Part shown: in pieces, positions 38,153 through 48,668 of the stretch | Numbering within the stretch: the first letter of the stretch is position 1 | Layout: each line of letters starts with the position of its first letter | NCBI GenBank assembly: GCA_018303445.1 | Contig: JAGVYE010000001.1 | Location: forward strand, 2,571-66,570 | Length of the DNA stretch: 64,000 nucleotides | From: Candidatus Woesearchaeota archaeon | Lineage (GTDB): Archaea; Nanobdellota; Nanobdellia; Woesearchaeales; GW2011-AR9 | Reading direction: 5' to 3' | Made by a program: the position numbers and the translations under genes | The notes under the pieces: model-generated | What the model was told of the DNA's origin: nothing | Seen by the model: the letters and a program-made list of their open reading frames with translations, nothing else | Databases searched by the model: none

Positions 38153-38830
38153 ATGAGTTTGACGCCCGTGTCAAGAAATCTGGAAAGAATTAGTGAAGGA
38201 GGAAATCTTCTCAGGAATCTGGAGTTGCTTGATGATGCCACAACGTGGAAAACGGCTGAGGAAGCCTTTGCCGCCTCGAAACAGGGAGTTTCTATTGAAG
38301 ATATTTGTACTAATAATCTGGGGATTTACAGGCTTGTTGATAATAAACCTGTTTTTAATCTGCTCGGTAGAGAAAGCAATCCTTTCATGGAGGAGAGATT
38401 TAGGAGAAGCTTATATCAAGGTATTTTAAATACCGATTTTTTTTCTCCTTCAGGTGAAATGAAAGAGTATCTTCTGGTAGTCCTAAGATCGGGAGCTTCA
38501 ACTTATATTAATTATTCTGAATTGAGATGCAAAAGCGATTCTATACGTAAACTTTCTTTATATGTTGAAACCAATGCCAAAAATACACTGGAAGAAAAAA
38601 AACTGTTTCACGCGGTTTATGGTTCTAAAATAGGCGCTGGGAAAAGAGTTTATCTTTTAGCGCCGGAAATAGTTATAACTCATTTATCTCCTGATCAGAA
38701 AGAGGATTTAGTTGTGCGTGTTTGTTGTTTTGATGATGAAGAAAATTTCTTGGCGAATAGTAGGAGCATATCCGGTTATCGAAGTTCCATAGTTGGCGTA
38801 CGCCGTGTTGCAGATAACAATTCTTTTTAA
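38153..38830 (+). CDS. Hypothetical protein
   Basis: 225-aa ORF, no recognisable motifs. Confidence 0.3.
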   Translation: MSLTPVSRNLERISEGGNLLRNLELLDDATTWKTAEEAFAASKQGVSIEDICTNNLGIYRLVDNKPVFNLLGRESNPFMEERFRRSLYQGILNTDFFSPSGEMKEYLLVVLRSGASTYINYSELRCKSDSIRKLSLYVETNAKNTLEEKKLFHAVYGSKIGAGKRVYLLAPEIVITHLSPDQKEDLVVRVCCFDDEENFLANSRSISGYRSSIVGVRRVADNNSF

Positions 38831-38869
38831 GAACATTTTAATGCTTAAGAACGTTTTAATATCTATACT

Positions 38870-38908
38870 GAAAGAACGAAATCATCGTAAATTTATACTC
38901 GTTCTTTC
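38870..38908. terminator. Perfect 10-bp inverted repeat gaaagaacga/tcgttctttc with 19-nt loop in a convergent intergenic region
   Basis: Read directly. It lies between the 3' ends of 38153..38830 (+) and 38989..39147 (-). Confidence 0.3.
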
Positions 38909-38988
38909 ATATATCACTCGCATCTTTTTATTACGATTATTATGTACGCTCGCTATATAATAAAAAGAAAGAGAAAAAAAAGAGTGCT

Positions 38989-39147
38989 CTATGCTTTTCC
39001 GAGAATTCTGAACATGGTTGTGCCGCAGCTAGGACATTTGCCTTTCAGGGCTTTGCGTTTAACGCCGCCTTTTCCATTCATGCTTACTTCTTTAGCACTC
39101 GCTATCTGTTTTTTTGCTTTGCACTTAACACAGTATCCTTCTGTCAT
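38989..39147 (-). CDS. Unannotated 52-aa zinc-ribbon protein (MTEGYCVKCKAKKQIASAKEVSMNGKGGVKRKALKGKCPSCGTTMFRILGKA)
   Basis: CxxC...CxxC. Strong Shine-Dalgarno 'GAGGTGtttactATG' on the minus strand. Missed by the ORF track (below 60 aa). Confidence 0.45.
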   Translation of the reverse strand: MTEGYCVKCKAKKQIASAKEVSMNGKGGVKRKALKGKCPSCGTTMFRILGKA

Positions 39148-39325
39148 AGTAAACACCTCATCTTTTCATATCATTAAAAGAACGTAAGTGATCTCACGCC
39201 CCTGGAATGGAAAAAGAAGCGATTTTGCTTTTAAAACTTTCGTAATTTTATATTGTAATAAAGCAGAATCTAGTCGACTTTTTGTTATTGGTGGATGGTG
39301 ATCTTATCTAAGAAAAAGAGTTAAA

Positions 39326-41815
39326 TTAGGAGACAATTCCTACTTTCACGGCAAATTTTTCTGTTTCTAAAGTTGTTTTTCCTTTAAAAACCATTTCTTT
39401 CACTCTGAGAACAGTCTTCAGATCGTCATGAAGGAGCTGAATATTTTTTTGAAATAATTTATCGTTACTCGCCAGAACAAGTGTTGAAAATTCTTCTTTC
39501 AAGGACAATTTCTGTTCAGATTTATATTTACGAACAGTATTTATAATGTCAATGCCGAGGTCACCAGCGTTTTCTGCCACTTCGTTAATCATTTCTTTCT
39601 GGAAGAGCGGCCAGGTTGAGAGGTGAAGACTTTTCTTTTTCTCTCTCTGAGCAAAGTAGAGGTGGTAAATTTCTTCCGTAAGGTGTGGCAGGATCGGTGC
39701 CATAAGTTTTAGAATGATCAGAAGACTTAAGTATAAAGTAGCCTGGGCACTTGTTCTGGCTTCTTTTCCTCTCTGATCAGGATTATAGAGGCGGTCTTTA
39801 CAAATTTCTAGATAATGGTCACAAAAAGTATGCCAGAAGAAGTTCTCTACTTCTGCTTTGGTATGGTAATATTCGTATTTTTCAAAGGTTTCTGTTGACT
39901 CTTTAATGATTTTTTGTAATTTACTGAGAAGCCATTTGTCAAAAGTCTCCGTAACTTTTCCGTTTTTGTAATCTTCAAGATGAGTTAAGGCAAATTTGGA
40001 GGCGTTCCAGAGTTTGGTAGCAAATTTTTGCCCCGTAATCAGATCCTTCTCTTGGAATGGCAGGTCATCGCCTAGCTTAGAGCCGGCGGCCCAGAAGCGT
40101 AAAGCATCAGCAGAATATTTTTTTATCATTTCCATAGGTTCAACAATATTTCCCAAAGATTTGGACATTTTTCTTCCGTGCAAATCTTGCGCATGTCCTG
40201 AAATGACAACATCCTGCCAAGGAATTCGTTGATGATGAGAAAGGCTTTTGACAATAGTGTAGAAAAGCCACGTTCTGATGATATCATGCGCCTGAGGACG
40301 GAGAGCGAAAGGTTGATCTTTGTATTTGAAATCATATTCCCCTTGGTGCATCCAATTGGCGGCGATCTCTGGGGTTAGAGAAGAAGTTGCCCAAGTGTCT
40401 AAGACATCTGTTTCAGGTTCAAGGTCTTTAAAAGTATGGTTTTTAGGAAGATAGCGAGGTTTATCTGTAGTCGGATCAACGGGCAGTTGTTTTTCATCAG
40501 GTAAGATGATTTCACCCGACTTTTTGCTAACCCATACGGGAATAGGAATGCCAAAGGGCCTTTGCCGGGAAATGCACCAATCCCAATTTAAGTTTTGTAC
40601 CCAGTGGTCATAACGAACTTTCATATGAGGGGGATACCAAGCAATTTTCTTTGCCGCTTCAAGAAGTTCTTCTTTCTTATCGAGAATTTTAATATACCAT
40701 TGTTTTGTTTTAAGAAATTCAATAGGCGTTTTACATCGTTCATGGACATTTACAGCATGAAGCACGTCTTGCTGTTTAATGAGGTATCTCGATTCTTTAA
40801 GTTTTGTTAGGATGGATTCACGAGCTTCTGGAATTTTCATTCCTTTGAATTCCCCAGCAAAGGAATTCATTACCCCGTATTTTTCAAAAACTATTCTTAA
40901 TGGAAGAGAAAAGCGGTGCCATTTGTCAACATCTTCTTTATCACCAAAAGTGCAAACCATCATCAGCCCGGTTCCTTTTTCTTTATCTACAGATTCATCA
41001 CTGAGAATAGGAATTTCATAGTCGAAAAGGGGCACTTTAGCGAACTTTCCCTGCAGATGCTTATAGCGCTGGTCTTCTGGATGATGGAATAAGGCAACAC
41101 ATGCGGGAATAAGTTCAGGCCTGGTGGTGGAAATGATTAGTTGTTTATCTCCACTTCGAAAAATGATATCATTAAATTTGGAATTAAAATCCACTGATTC
41201 GAATTCCGCCTGGGCGATGGCCGTTTGACAGGACATACACCAGGAAATGGGAGATTCTAGTGGGTAGATCCGACCTTTTTTATACAAGTCGATAAACGAA
41301 TACTGGGATATGATTTGGCAGTGTTTGTTGATCGTAGAATAGGATCTTTTGAAATCAGCGGACAAGCCTATTTCTTTCCAAGCTTGGATAAATTTTGGTT
41401 TTTCTTGTTCAATAAATTCGCTGCAGATTTTTACGAATTCCTGCCTGGGCATCTTTCGGGAAAGGACGTTTTTACTTTTCTCCACTAATTTTTCTGTAGG
41501 CAAGCCGTTGTCATCCGTGCCAAAAGGAAAGAAAACATTTTTTCCTCTCATTCGCTGGTATCTCACAACAATATCTTGTTGGGTATAGGAAAAAGCGTGT
41601 CCCAGATGCATCTTGCCGGAAACAGTAGGAGGAGGAGTATCAACAGCATAGGTTTCTTTTTTGTTATCAGGGTGGAAAGCATAAATTTCGTGCTCTTCCC
41701 AATACTTCTGCCATTTTGGCTCGGCTTCTTTGGGATCGTAGTTTTTAGGTAATTCCATGAAGAAATAGAGTGAGAAGAGGTGATTTAAAAATGTTTGTTT
41801 ATGGTTTATCAGCAA
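39326..41815 (-). CDS. valS: Valyl-tRNA synthetase
   Basis: Class I 'PPTVSGKMHLGHAFSY' and 'GRKMSKSLGNIV'. An 829-aa size fits archaeal ValRS better than IleRS or LeuRS. Confidence 0.7.
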   Translation of the reverse strand: MLINHKQTFLNHLFSLYFFMELPKNYDPKEAEPKWQKYWEEHEIYAFHPDNKKETYAVDTPPPTVSGKMHLGHAFSYTQQDIVVRYQRMRGKNVFFPFGTDDNGLPTEKLVEKSKNVLSRKMPRQEFVKICSEFIEQEKPKFIQAWKEIGLSADFKRSYSTINKHCQIISQYSFIDLYKKGRIYPLESPISWCMSCQTAIAQAEFESVDFNSKFNDIIFRSGDKQLIISTTRPELIPACVALFHHPEDQRYKHLQGKFAKVPLFDYEIPILSDESVDKEKGTGLMMVCTFGDKEDVDKWHRFSLPLRIVFEKYGVMNSFAGEFKGMKIPEARESILTKLKESRYLIKQQDVLHAVNVHERCKTPIEFLKTKQWYIKILDKKEELLEAAKKIAWYPPHMKVRYDHWVQNLNWDWCISRQRPFGIPIPVWVSKKSGEIILPDEKQLPVDPTTDKPRYLPKNHTFKDLEPETDVLDTWATSSLTPEIAANWMHQGEYDFKYKDQPFALRPQAHDIIRTWLFYTIVKSLSHHQRIPWQDVVISGHAQDLHGRKMSKSLGNIVEPMEMIKKYSADALRFWAAGSKLGDDLPFQEKDLITGQKFATKLWNASKFALTHLEDYKNGKVTETFDKWLLSKLQKIIKESTETFEKYEYYHTKAEVENFFWHTFCDHYLEICKDRLYNPDQRGKEARTSAQATLYLSLLIILKLMAPILPHLTEEIYHLYFAQREKKKSLHLSTWPLFQKEMINEVAENAGDLGIDIINTVRKYKSEQKLSLKEEFSTLVLASNDKLFQKNIQLLHDDLKTVLRVKEMVFKGKTTLETEKFAVKVGIVS

Positions 41816-41896
41816 TTCTGGTGATTTTATTTTGATAAGAAATCGTCAATGGTTTTTTTCCCATATCTTAAGGAATAAATCCCCCTTGCTCTGTTC

Positions 41897-43318
41897 TCAC
41901 TCACTCAATTTAGTTCCTCTACTTAAACTTTCTGCCCATCCAGCAGGAGTGATTTGAATGAACTCAGCATTTTCCTGCATTTCTTTAATCGTATGAGCTC
42001 CACAGTAACTTAGACCACTTTGAACTCCCTTAAGGATACTTCTAATTACACTTTCTACAGGTCCTTGATAATCAACGAGTGTAGAAACACCTTCAACAAA
42101 AACATCCAGTTTATCTTTGTGCTTTTTCCCTTCGGTATTTTCTCTTCGTTCATGGCTGCTTTCATACGAGGCACTACCCATGTATCTCTTGTAGCGCTTC
42201 CCGTCTTTCATGATAATCATTCCCGGCGATTCGTCTGTTCCAGCAAAGAAAGATCCGGAGAAAATGCTGCTGGCGCCGGCTGCCAAGGCTTTAGTGACAT
42301 CACCGGGATATTGCATTCCTCCATCAGCACAAACAGGAATATCATATCTCCTGGCTACGCTTACGACGTCCATAACGGCAGTTAATTGCGGCACTCCTGC
42401 CCCGGAAATAATTCGCGTCGTACATACAGGCGAGGGGCCAATTCCTACTTTCAATCCATCCGCGCCGGCATCGATAAGATCGTGAGCCGCATCAGCAGTG
42501 GCAATATTTCCGATCATGATGTTAACAGAAGGAAAATGTGTTTTGAGTTCTTTGAGACGGAGAATGGCAAAATCAGAATGGGCATGAGCAAGGTCTAATA
42601 CCAGCACATCCACATTAGCATCTACCAAAGCTTGAGCTCTCTCTATAGTATCTTTCACACCGACAGCAGCAGCAACGCGTAACCTTCCTCTCTCATCACG
42701 GCAGGCGTAGGGCCAGTATTCTAGTTTCTTAAGGTCTTGAGTGGTAATTAATCCACGCACTTTTCCGTTTTGCAGAAGAGGAAGTTTTTCAATGCGGTGT
42801 TGGTAGAGAATTCTCTTCGCTTCTTCTCTCTCAATGCCGTATGGAGCGGTAACAAGCTTCTCTTTCGGCGTCATAACTTCTGAAAGATACTTTTCCATGT
42901 TTGTTTCAAAAATGTAATCCCGAGAAGTGAAAATGCCGACGAGCTCTTCCCAATTCATAACCAGAAGGCTCGTTACCCCGCTCTTTTTCATGATCTCTAC
43001 GGCTTTCCCAATGGTAATAGTAGGAGAGACAGAAATGGGATTTTCTATAACGTAACTTGTGGAATGTTTTACTTTCTTTACTTCTTCAACTTGCTCTTCG
43101 ATAGTGCTGAATTGATGAATTACACCTAAGCCGCCTTCCCTGGCCATGGCAATGGCCATTTTATGTTCCGTTACGGTGGCCATGTTGGCGCTTACCAGAG
43201 GACTGTTAAGGATAATATTTTTTGTAAAACGCGTTTGCAGATCAACTTCTGTTCGTGACCTTAAGGGAGTACGCTTTGGGACGAGAAGTACATCTGAATA
43301 AGTCAATCCCACCCTCAT
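41897..43318 (-). CDS. guaB: Inosine-5'-monophosphate dehydrogenase
   Basis: Catalytic loop 'GIGPSPVCTTRIISGAGVPQLTAV'. CBS pair inserted. Confidence 0.85.
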   Translation of the reverse strand: MRVGLTYSDVLLVPKRTPLRSRTEVDLQTRFTKNIILNSPLVSANMATVTEHKMAIAMAREGGLGVIHQFSTIEEQVEEVKKVKHSTSYVIENPISVSPTITIGKAVEIMKKSGVTSLLVMNWEELVGIFTSRDYIFETNMEKYLSEVMTPKEKLVTAPYGIEREEAKRILYQHRIEKLPLLQNGKVRGLITTQDLKKLEYWPYACRDERGRLRVAAAVGVKDTIERAQALVDANVDVLVLDLAHAHSDFAILRLKELKTHFPSVNIMIGNIATADAAHDLIDAGADGLKVGIGPSPVCTTRIISGAGVPQLTAVMDVVSVARRYDIPVCADGGMQYPGDVTKALAAGASSIFSGSFFAGTDESPGMIIMKDGKRYKRYMGSASYESSHERRENTEGKKHKDKLDVFVEGVSTLVDYQGPVESVIRSILKGVQSGLSYCGAHTIKEMQENAEFIQITPAGWAESLSRGTKLSE

Positions 43319-43439
43319 TTTTTATATCGTTAAGAAGGAAGTTTAGGAATTTAAATACATTATGGGGGTGGAGTAGATAAGAGAAGTTTCTTCTTTTTTT
43401 TATCACAACTATTTTAAAAAGACGTTATTTATATTCCTT

Positions 43440-44639
43440 ATGTCTCTTTTTACCACCAAATACGCGCCAAAGAATCTTTCTCAAGTATTTGGGCAGCAAT
43501 TAGCCGTGTCTCAATTAAAAGACTTTGTGGTGAACTATAAACAAAAGGAGCAGAAAGCGGTTCTTCTTCTCGGGCCCATTGGAACTGGAAAGACAAGTTC
43601 CGTTTATGCCCTGGCCAAAGAATTAGGATACGAAGTTCTGGAAATTAATTCCTCTGATTTTCGCAATGAGCATAATATTTCTTCTTTTTTAGGAGCGGCC
43701 TTGGGACAACAATCATTGTTCTTTACACCGAAAATCGTTCTTGTTGATGAAGTCGATAATCTGTCTGGCGTACAGGATAGGGGATGTATTCCCGCCTTGC
43801 TGAAAGCCGTTGAGAAGTCATCCTTTCCTGTCGTTCTGACGGCAAATGATGTTGAGGATAGTAAATTCAAAGCTTTGAAAAAAAGTTGTTTTGGTATTGA
43901 TTATCACTCTTTACAATACAAGACTATTGCCCATGGCTTACAGTGGGTATGCGAGCAGGAAGGAATTTCCTTTGATGAAAAAACTCTTCATTCTCTATCT
44001 CGACAAGCGAGCGGGGATATGAGGGCGGCATTACTTGATTTGCATACCTGCGCTACTTTTGGAAAAATCTCGCTTGACGAGGTAACAAAGCTCTCAGAGC
44101 GAAAACGCACTGAGACGGTCATCAAGGCGTTGCTGATGATTTTTAAATCTACTTCTGTTAATAATGCCCTTTCTGTTCTTGATGATATTGATATGGACTT
44201 AAGTGAGGTAATGTTGTGGATTGATCACAATTTACCAAAAGAATATACTACTTCGATAGTACTGGCACGGGCTTATGAACATTTAGCACGCGCGGATGTA
44301 TTTCAAGGAAGGATTAAGCGCGGGCAGCATTGGCGGTTTTTAGTGTACATCAATAATTTGCTTACGGCGGGGATTTCATCTGCAAAAGAGGAAAAAAATC
44401 CCGGCTTCCAACAATATCAACCCACGCTCCGCTTTTTACGAATGTGGCAGGCGAAGATGAAGCATGGAAAGAGAGAAGAAATTGCCGTTAAATTTGGTTT
44501 GAAAACACATACGTCAAAGAAAGTAGCAAGAGGGCAAATTCCTTACCTGCGACAAATCTTTAAGAGTAAAAAAAGCGAAGAGATAGCTCGGGAGTTGGAG
44601 TTAAGTGAAGAAGAAGTAGAGTATTTGCGAAAGGAATAA
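43440..44639 (+). CDS. rfcL: Replication factor C large subunit
   Basis: 'KYAPKNLSQVFGQQ' RFC box II-like, 'LLGPIGTGKTS', 'EINSSDFR', Walker B 'VLVDEVDNL'. 399 aa. Confidence 0.65.
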   Translation: MSLFTTKYAPKNLSQVFGQQLAVSQLKDFVVNYKQKEQKAVLLLGPIGTGKTSSVYALAKELGYEVLEINSSDFRNEHNISSFLGAALGQQSLFFTPKIVLVDEVDNLSGVQDRGCIPALLKAVEKSSFPVVLTANDVEDSKFKALKKSCFGIDYHSLQYKTIAHGLQWVCEQEGISFDEKTLHSLSRQASGDMRAALLDLHTCATFGKISLDEVTKLSERKRTETVIKALLMIFKSTSVNNALSVLDDIDMDLSEVMLWIDHNLPKEYTTSIVLARAYEHLARADVFQGRIKRGQHWRFLVYINNLLTAGISSAKEEKNPGFQQYQPTLRFLRMWQAKMKHGKREEIAVKFGLKTHTSKKVARGQIPYLRQIFKSKKSEEIARELELSEEEVEYLRKE

Positions 44640-44671
44640 TCCCAATAATTTTGTTTTTTTCTCTACTTCTT

Positions 44672-44893
44672 TTATATTTTCTTCTCCAAATCATTTTTCT
44701 TGGCAAATGAATCATGACCTGAACCTAGGAAAGGGACTTTTACCCAGATTTTCTTCTGGCAGTTGTGGCAATGAACGTTCTTATAATGCTGCTGTTCTGT
44801 TTCGCTCCAAGAAGAGTAGACGTTTTGGGAATTAATTTCTTTATGGCAATAGCCGCAAGCGGATTCTTGAAGGGATTCGAGTAAAGAGGTCAT
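44672..44893 (-). CDS. Small zinc-finger protein
   Basis: 'CGYCH ... CHNCQ' pair. Confidence 0.3.
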   Translation of the reverse strand: MTSLLESLQESACGYCHKEINSQNVYSSWSETEQQHYKNVHCHNCQKKIWVKVPFLGSGHDSFAKKNDLEKKI

Positions 44894-44993
44894 CTAACTG
44901 TCTTTGAAAGCTTTTTATTTAAAAATTAGCCCAGATAATTTTAAAAATTCTATTCACTTAACATAGCATTACGGGTTATCGGAGGCTTTTTTA

Positions 44994-45623
44994 ATGATCG
45001 AACTCTTGCCTTTGTATATCGCTTTGTCACTTCCAGTTGAAGTTCCGCTTCCAGTTTCACGGTCTGCAACCACAACAGCCACGGCTTCTCAATTTTCTAT
45101 AGGGATGCTACTAATAGACATGCAAGATGATTTTCTTGAAGACATTGATGCACGAGAAAAAGAACGTGAAATACCGAATATGTTAAGGGTGTTAGAGTAC
45201 GCTGGCGATCATAAAATTCCTCTTATTGTTTTAGAGTATAAAGGTCATGAACCGACCATCAAGGAACTTCGACAGAAAATCGATTCTTTGCCAACCACAG
45301 TTATATATATAACTAAATTAGATGACAGTGGGTTTTATAATACAGGTCTCGAAGCGAGATTAAAAAATTTACGGATTAACAATCTAGTTCTTATGGGAAT
45401 TAATGCTACGGGGTGTGTTATGAGGACCGCGGAAAGTGCATTAAATCATGGTTTTCGGATTTTCACTTCTCTGGATCTTATCGCTCAACCTTCTTCTTGG
45501 GTAGATGATCAAGACGAAGGTAAAGAAGGGTCCGTATGGTATAAAAAGCATGGTACTCTAGCGAAGGACCATCACGATTTGCTGCGAATAATTTCTGAAA
45601 AGTATGTCCAAAAATCTCCTTAA
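44994..45623 (+). CDS. Isochorismatase-family cysteine hydrolase
   Basis: 'LLIDMQDDF' and 'LMGINATGCVMRTA' (catalytic Cys). Confidence 0.5.
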   Translation: MIELLPLYIALSLPVEVPLPVSRSATTTATASQFSIGMLLIDMQDDFLEDIDAREKEREIPNMLRVLEYAGDHKIPLIVLEYKGHEPTIKELRQKIDSLPTTVIYITKLDDSGFYNTGLEARLKNLRINNLVLMGINATGCVMRTAESALNHGFRIFTSLDLIAQPSSWVDDQDEGKEGSVWYKKHGTLAKDHHDLLRIISEKYVQKSP

Positions 45624-45670
45624 AAATAACCATAATAAACTTAATAAAGCCGCTCTTTCTTTATCAGGGA

Positions 45671-47239
45671 ATGACCTTTACGGAGGAATTGGCGACGTTT
45701 TGCAAGAAGAAAGGATTTATGTACCCTTCCAGTGAAATTTATGGGGGACTAGCGGGGTTTTATGATTATGGCCATCTGGGAACCAGGTTGAAACATAATT
45801 TTGAAAATATCTGGAGAAAATATTTTTTATCTCTGAATGATAATTTTCATGAGATTGAAACGGCTAATATTATGCCTAGAGATGTGTTTAAGGCTTCCGG
45901 ACATTTGGAAAAATTTGCAGATCCAGTTGTTAATTGTTCAGCTTGCGGTTTTAAGGAGCGAGCGGATCATTTTGTAGAACGGTTTCTCAAAAAAAGAGTA
46001 GAAGGATTAACATCAGAAGAATTAACTAAAGAAATTAATAAAAATAAATTATTCTGTCCGACATGTAAATCTGAATTAGAACCTGTTAGGTCGTTTAATA
46101 TGATGTTTCCAGTACAATTAGGGGTAGCTCATAAAATTTATCCTAAATCAGTTCCAGCTTTACTAACAAAGTCTGAAGAGGAACAAAAAAATATAGCCTA
46201 CTTAAGGCCAGAAACGGCACAATCGCCTTATGTCAATTTTAAACTTCAATATGAATTGTTACGTAAACGAATGCCTCTGGGGTTAGCTCTCATAGGCAGA
46301 GCTTACAGGAACGAAATTTCACCGCGAAATGTCACGCTGCGTTTGCGTGAATTTATTCAGGCTGAATTGCAGATTTTCTTTAATGAGGCAAAAATTAATG
46401 ATCATCCTTTATTCGAGATGGTTAAAGAGTATAAACTTCGAACTGTTCTTATAGAAGATCGAGAGCGTACAAAAACAGTGGAGAGGACAGCACAAAGTCT
46501 TGTGCAAAAGGGCCTGCCAAAATATTATGTTTACCACTTAGTGAAAATACAGCAGTTTTACCTTGAAATATTAAAAATACCTTCAGAAAAGTTTCGTTTT
46601 TACCAATTAAATGAGCTGGAGCGAGCTTTTTATAATAAATACCATTTTGATTTTGAGGTCGAACTACAAGAGCACAGCTTTACAGAAGTGGGAGGGCTAC
46701 ATTATCGGACGGATCATGACTTGGAAGGGCATCAACGCGTTTCTCAAGAGTCAATGGAAGTCCTGGACGAGGAAACAGGAAAGAAATTTGTCCCTCATGT
46801 GTTAGAGTTGAGTTTTGGCGTCGATCGTAATGTGTATGCGCTCCTGGATGTAAATTATGAAAATAATAAAGAACGAGGGAATATTATTTTACATTTGCCT
46901 TCTGGTCTTACACCTTTTTTTTGTGGAATCTTTCCTCTGGTGAAAAACAAACCAGAGATCGCCGCCAAAGCGGAGGAAATTTATAATGACCTTAAACAGC
47001 AATTCTCTTGTCTTTACGATGAAGCAGGAAGTGTCGGGCGGCGCTATGCGCGAGCTGATGAGATTGGTGTTGAGTATGAAATTACGATCGATTTTGCATC
47101 TTTGGAAGATAATAGTGTAACAATACGGGATAGAGAGACCACAAAACAAGTTCGGGTGAAAATTACTCAATTAAGCGGCCTTTTACAGAAGCTTTTTGCG
47201 GGGAAAGGATTTGAAGATCTCGGCGAGAAAATCATATAA
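45671..47239 (+). CDS. glyS: Glycyl-tRNA synthetase (archaeal/eukaryotic alpha2 type)
   Basis: 'YPSSEIYGGLAGFYDYGHLG' class II motif. 522 aa. Confidence 0.85.
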   Translation: MTFTEELATFCKKKGFMYPSSEIYGGLAGFYDYGHLGTRLKHNFENIWRKYFLSLNDNFHEIETANIMPRDVFKASGHLEKFADPVVNCSACGFKERADHFVERFLKKRVEGLTSEELTKEINKNKLFCPTCKSELEPVRSFNMMFPVQLGVAHKIYPKSVPALLTKSEEEQKNIAYLRPETAQSPYVNFKLQYELLRKRMPLGLALIGRAYRNEISPRNVTLRLREFIQAELQIFFNEAKINDHPLFEMVKEYKLRTVLIEDRERTKTVERTAQSLVQKGLPKYYVYHLVKIQQFYLEILKIPSEKFRFYQLNELERAFYNKYHFDFEVELQEHSFTEVGGLHYRTDHDLEGHQRVSQESMEVLDEETGKKFVPHVLELSFGVDRNVYALLDVNYENNKERGNIILHLPSGLTPFFCGIFPLVKNKPEIAAKAEEIYNDLKQQFSCLYDEAGSVGRRYARADEIGVEYEITIDFASLEDNSVTIRDRETTKQVRVKITQLSGLLQKLFAGKGFEDLGEKII

Positions 47240-47270
47240 ATTTAAATATCGCCGCTTCTTCCCGTTACTT

Positions 47271-47813
47271 ATGTGGCACGAAAGAAAAGGCAAGGTTGAT
47301 GTAGGGTTGTTTTTATTTATAGGCTGCCTGGCAGGAGGACTGGCCTTGTTTTTTCTGGCAAAGAATGATTCTTTGCTTTTTCTGAGTATGGCTCTTCTTT
47401 CCCTTAGTTTTATTTTAGGTCTCATTGGAAGTTATAACTTTTTTTTTTCACCTCGCCACAAATTACGGAAAATTATCCAGCAAATGGAGCGGAACAGGAC
47501 CGTTTCCAGCATAGATACATTAAAATCAGAATATAATGAGGCTTATATGCTCTATATGAAAGTGTCGGAAGCATCGAAGCAGAACTTTTATGGACGAGTT
47601 ATGAAAGCGCGCGAGCAAGTAGAAGAGTTGCTGAAAGCGCGGAAAAAAGTCGAATTTCTCTTGGAAAAGGCAACGATGGGCTCGATGGAGGAATGGAAAA
47701 AGAATTTTAATGAGTTAACAAAAGTATGGGAGCAATTGCCACAAAAAGAGAAAGAAATGTTGCTGCCAAAGTTCATGCTTGTGAAGGAACAGGTTGAGAG
47801 TGGTAGAGGATAG
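47271..47813 (+). CDS. Hypothetical membrane-anchored coiled-coil protein (start moved to Met downstream of glyS stop)
   Basis: Two TM helices then a helical Lys/Glu-rich region. Confidence 0.3.
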   Translation: MWHERKGKVDVGLFLFIGCLAGGLALFFLAKNDSLLFLSMALLSLSFILGLIGSYNFFFSPRHKLRKIIQQMERNRTVSSIDTLKSEYNEAYMLYMKVSEASKQNFYGRVMKAREQVEELLKARKKVEFLLEKATMGSMEEWKKNFNELTKVWEQLPQKEKEMLLPKFMLVKEQVESGRG

Positions 47814-47868
47814 AAAATTATAAAAATGACTTCTTCTTTGATGTTAAAAATGTCTGGGGAGATTCCAA

Positions 47869-48279
47869 ATGGAAGTTAAAGATGTGCAGGCTAATAAAGG
47901 AAATGTGGATGTAGTCTTGGAAATTGTAAGTAAAGATACGCCAAGATCCTTTTCAAAATTTGGAAAGGAAGGGAAAGTATGCACCGTTCGAGGAAAGGAT
48001 GAAACGGGAGAAATCACAATCACGTTATGGAATGAAGATATTGAGAAAGTGGATATCGGAGACAAAGTGCATCTTTCCAATGGCTGGTGTTCTGAATATA
48101 AAGGAGAAAAACAACTCTCGGCAGGAAAATTCGGGAAAATTGAGGTCATAGGCAAGGCGCCTAAATCTTTATTTAGCAACGATCCGGAATTAGCGGCAGG
48201 GCAAAGGCCAAAATTAGTGGAAGATGATGAAGAACCGGAAGGGAAGTATGAGCCGGTTGATGATGAGTATGTGGAATAA
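47869..48279 (+). CDS. OB-fold single-stranded DNA-binding (RPA/SSB-like) protein with acidic C-terminal tail
   Basis: 'GEITITLWNE' OB-fold pattern. Tail 'EDDEEPEGKYEPVDDEYVE'. Confidence 0.5.
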   Translation: MEVKDVQANKGNVDVVLEIVSKDTPRSFSKFGKEGKVCTVRGKDETGEITITLWNEDIEKVDIGDKVHLSNGWCSEYKGEKQLSAGKFGKIEVIGKAPKSLFSNDPELAAGQRPKLVEDDEEPEGKYEPVDDEYVE

Positions 48280-48323
48280 ATTTTCTGAAATCTTTATATA
48301 CCTCCTTCTTATTCCTTTTTTCA

Positions 48324-48665
48324 ATGCCTCTCCTTCCTTCCCTTAAGCAAAAAAAAAGGTATGTGGTCTTTGAGATTCAAGCAGAGGAAAGTTTCTCTTT
48401 GCAGGAAGCTGAAGCTGCGGTTAAAGAAGGATTATTACGCTTTCTTGGAGAATTTGGCGTAGCGAAAGCTGGCCCGATGTTTATCAGAGAGAAATATCAG
48501 CCCAATAAGTTTATACTTAAGATTAATAATAAGTATGTCGCAGAGGTAATTTCTGCCATCATTCTTATCAAAAGTATTAAAAATAAGGCCGTGATTCTGC
48601 GTTCTATCATTACTTCCGGAACGCTTAAAAAGGCAAACGGGTATGTAGAAAAGCGAGGTGTGTGA
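48324..48665 (+). CDS. RNase P protein component Pop5 (Rnp2)
   Basis: 'KQKKRYVVFEI' and 'LGEFGVAKAGPMFI' match the archaeal Pop5 pattern. Position immediately upstream of psmA is the conserved one. Confidence 0.75.
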   Translation: MPLLPSLKQKKRYVVFEIQAEESFSLQEAEAAVKEGLLRFLGEFGVAKAGPMFIREKYQPNKFILKINNKYVAEVISAIILIKSIKNKAVILRSIITSGTLKKANGYVEKRGV

Positions 48666-48668
48666 ATT

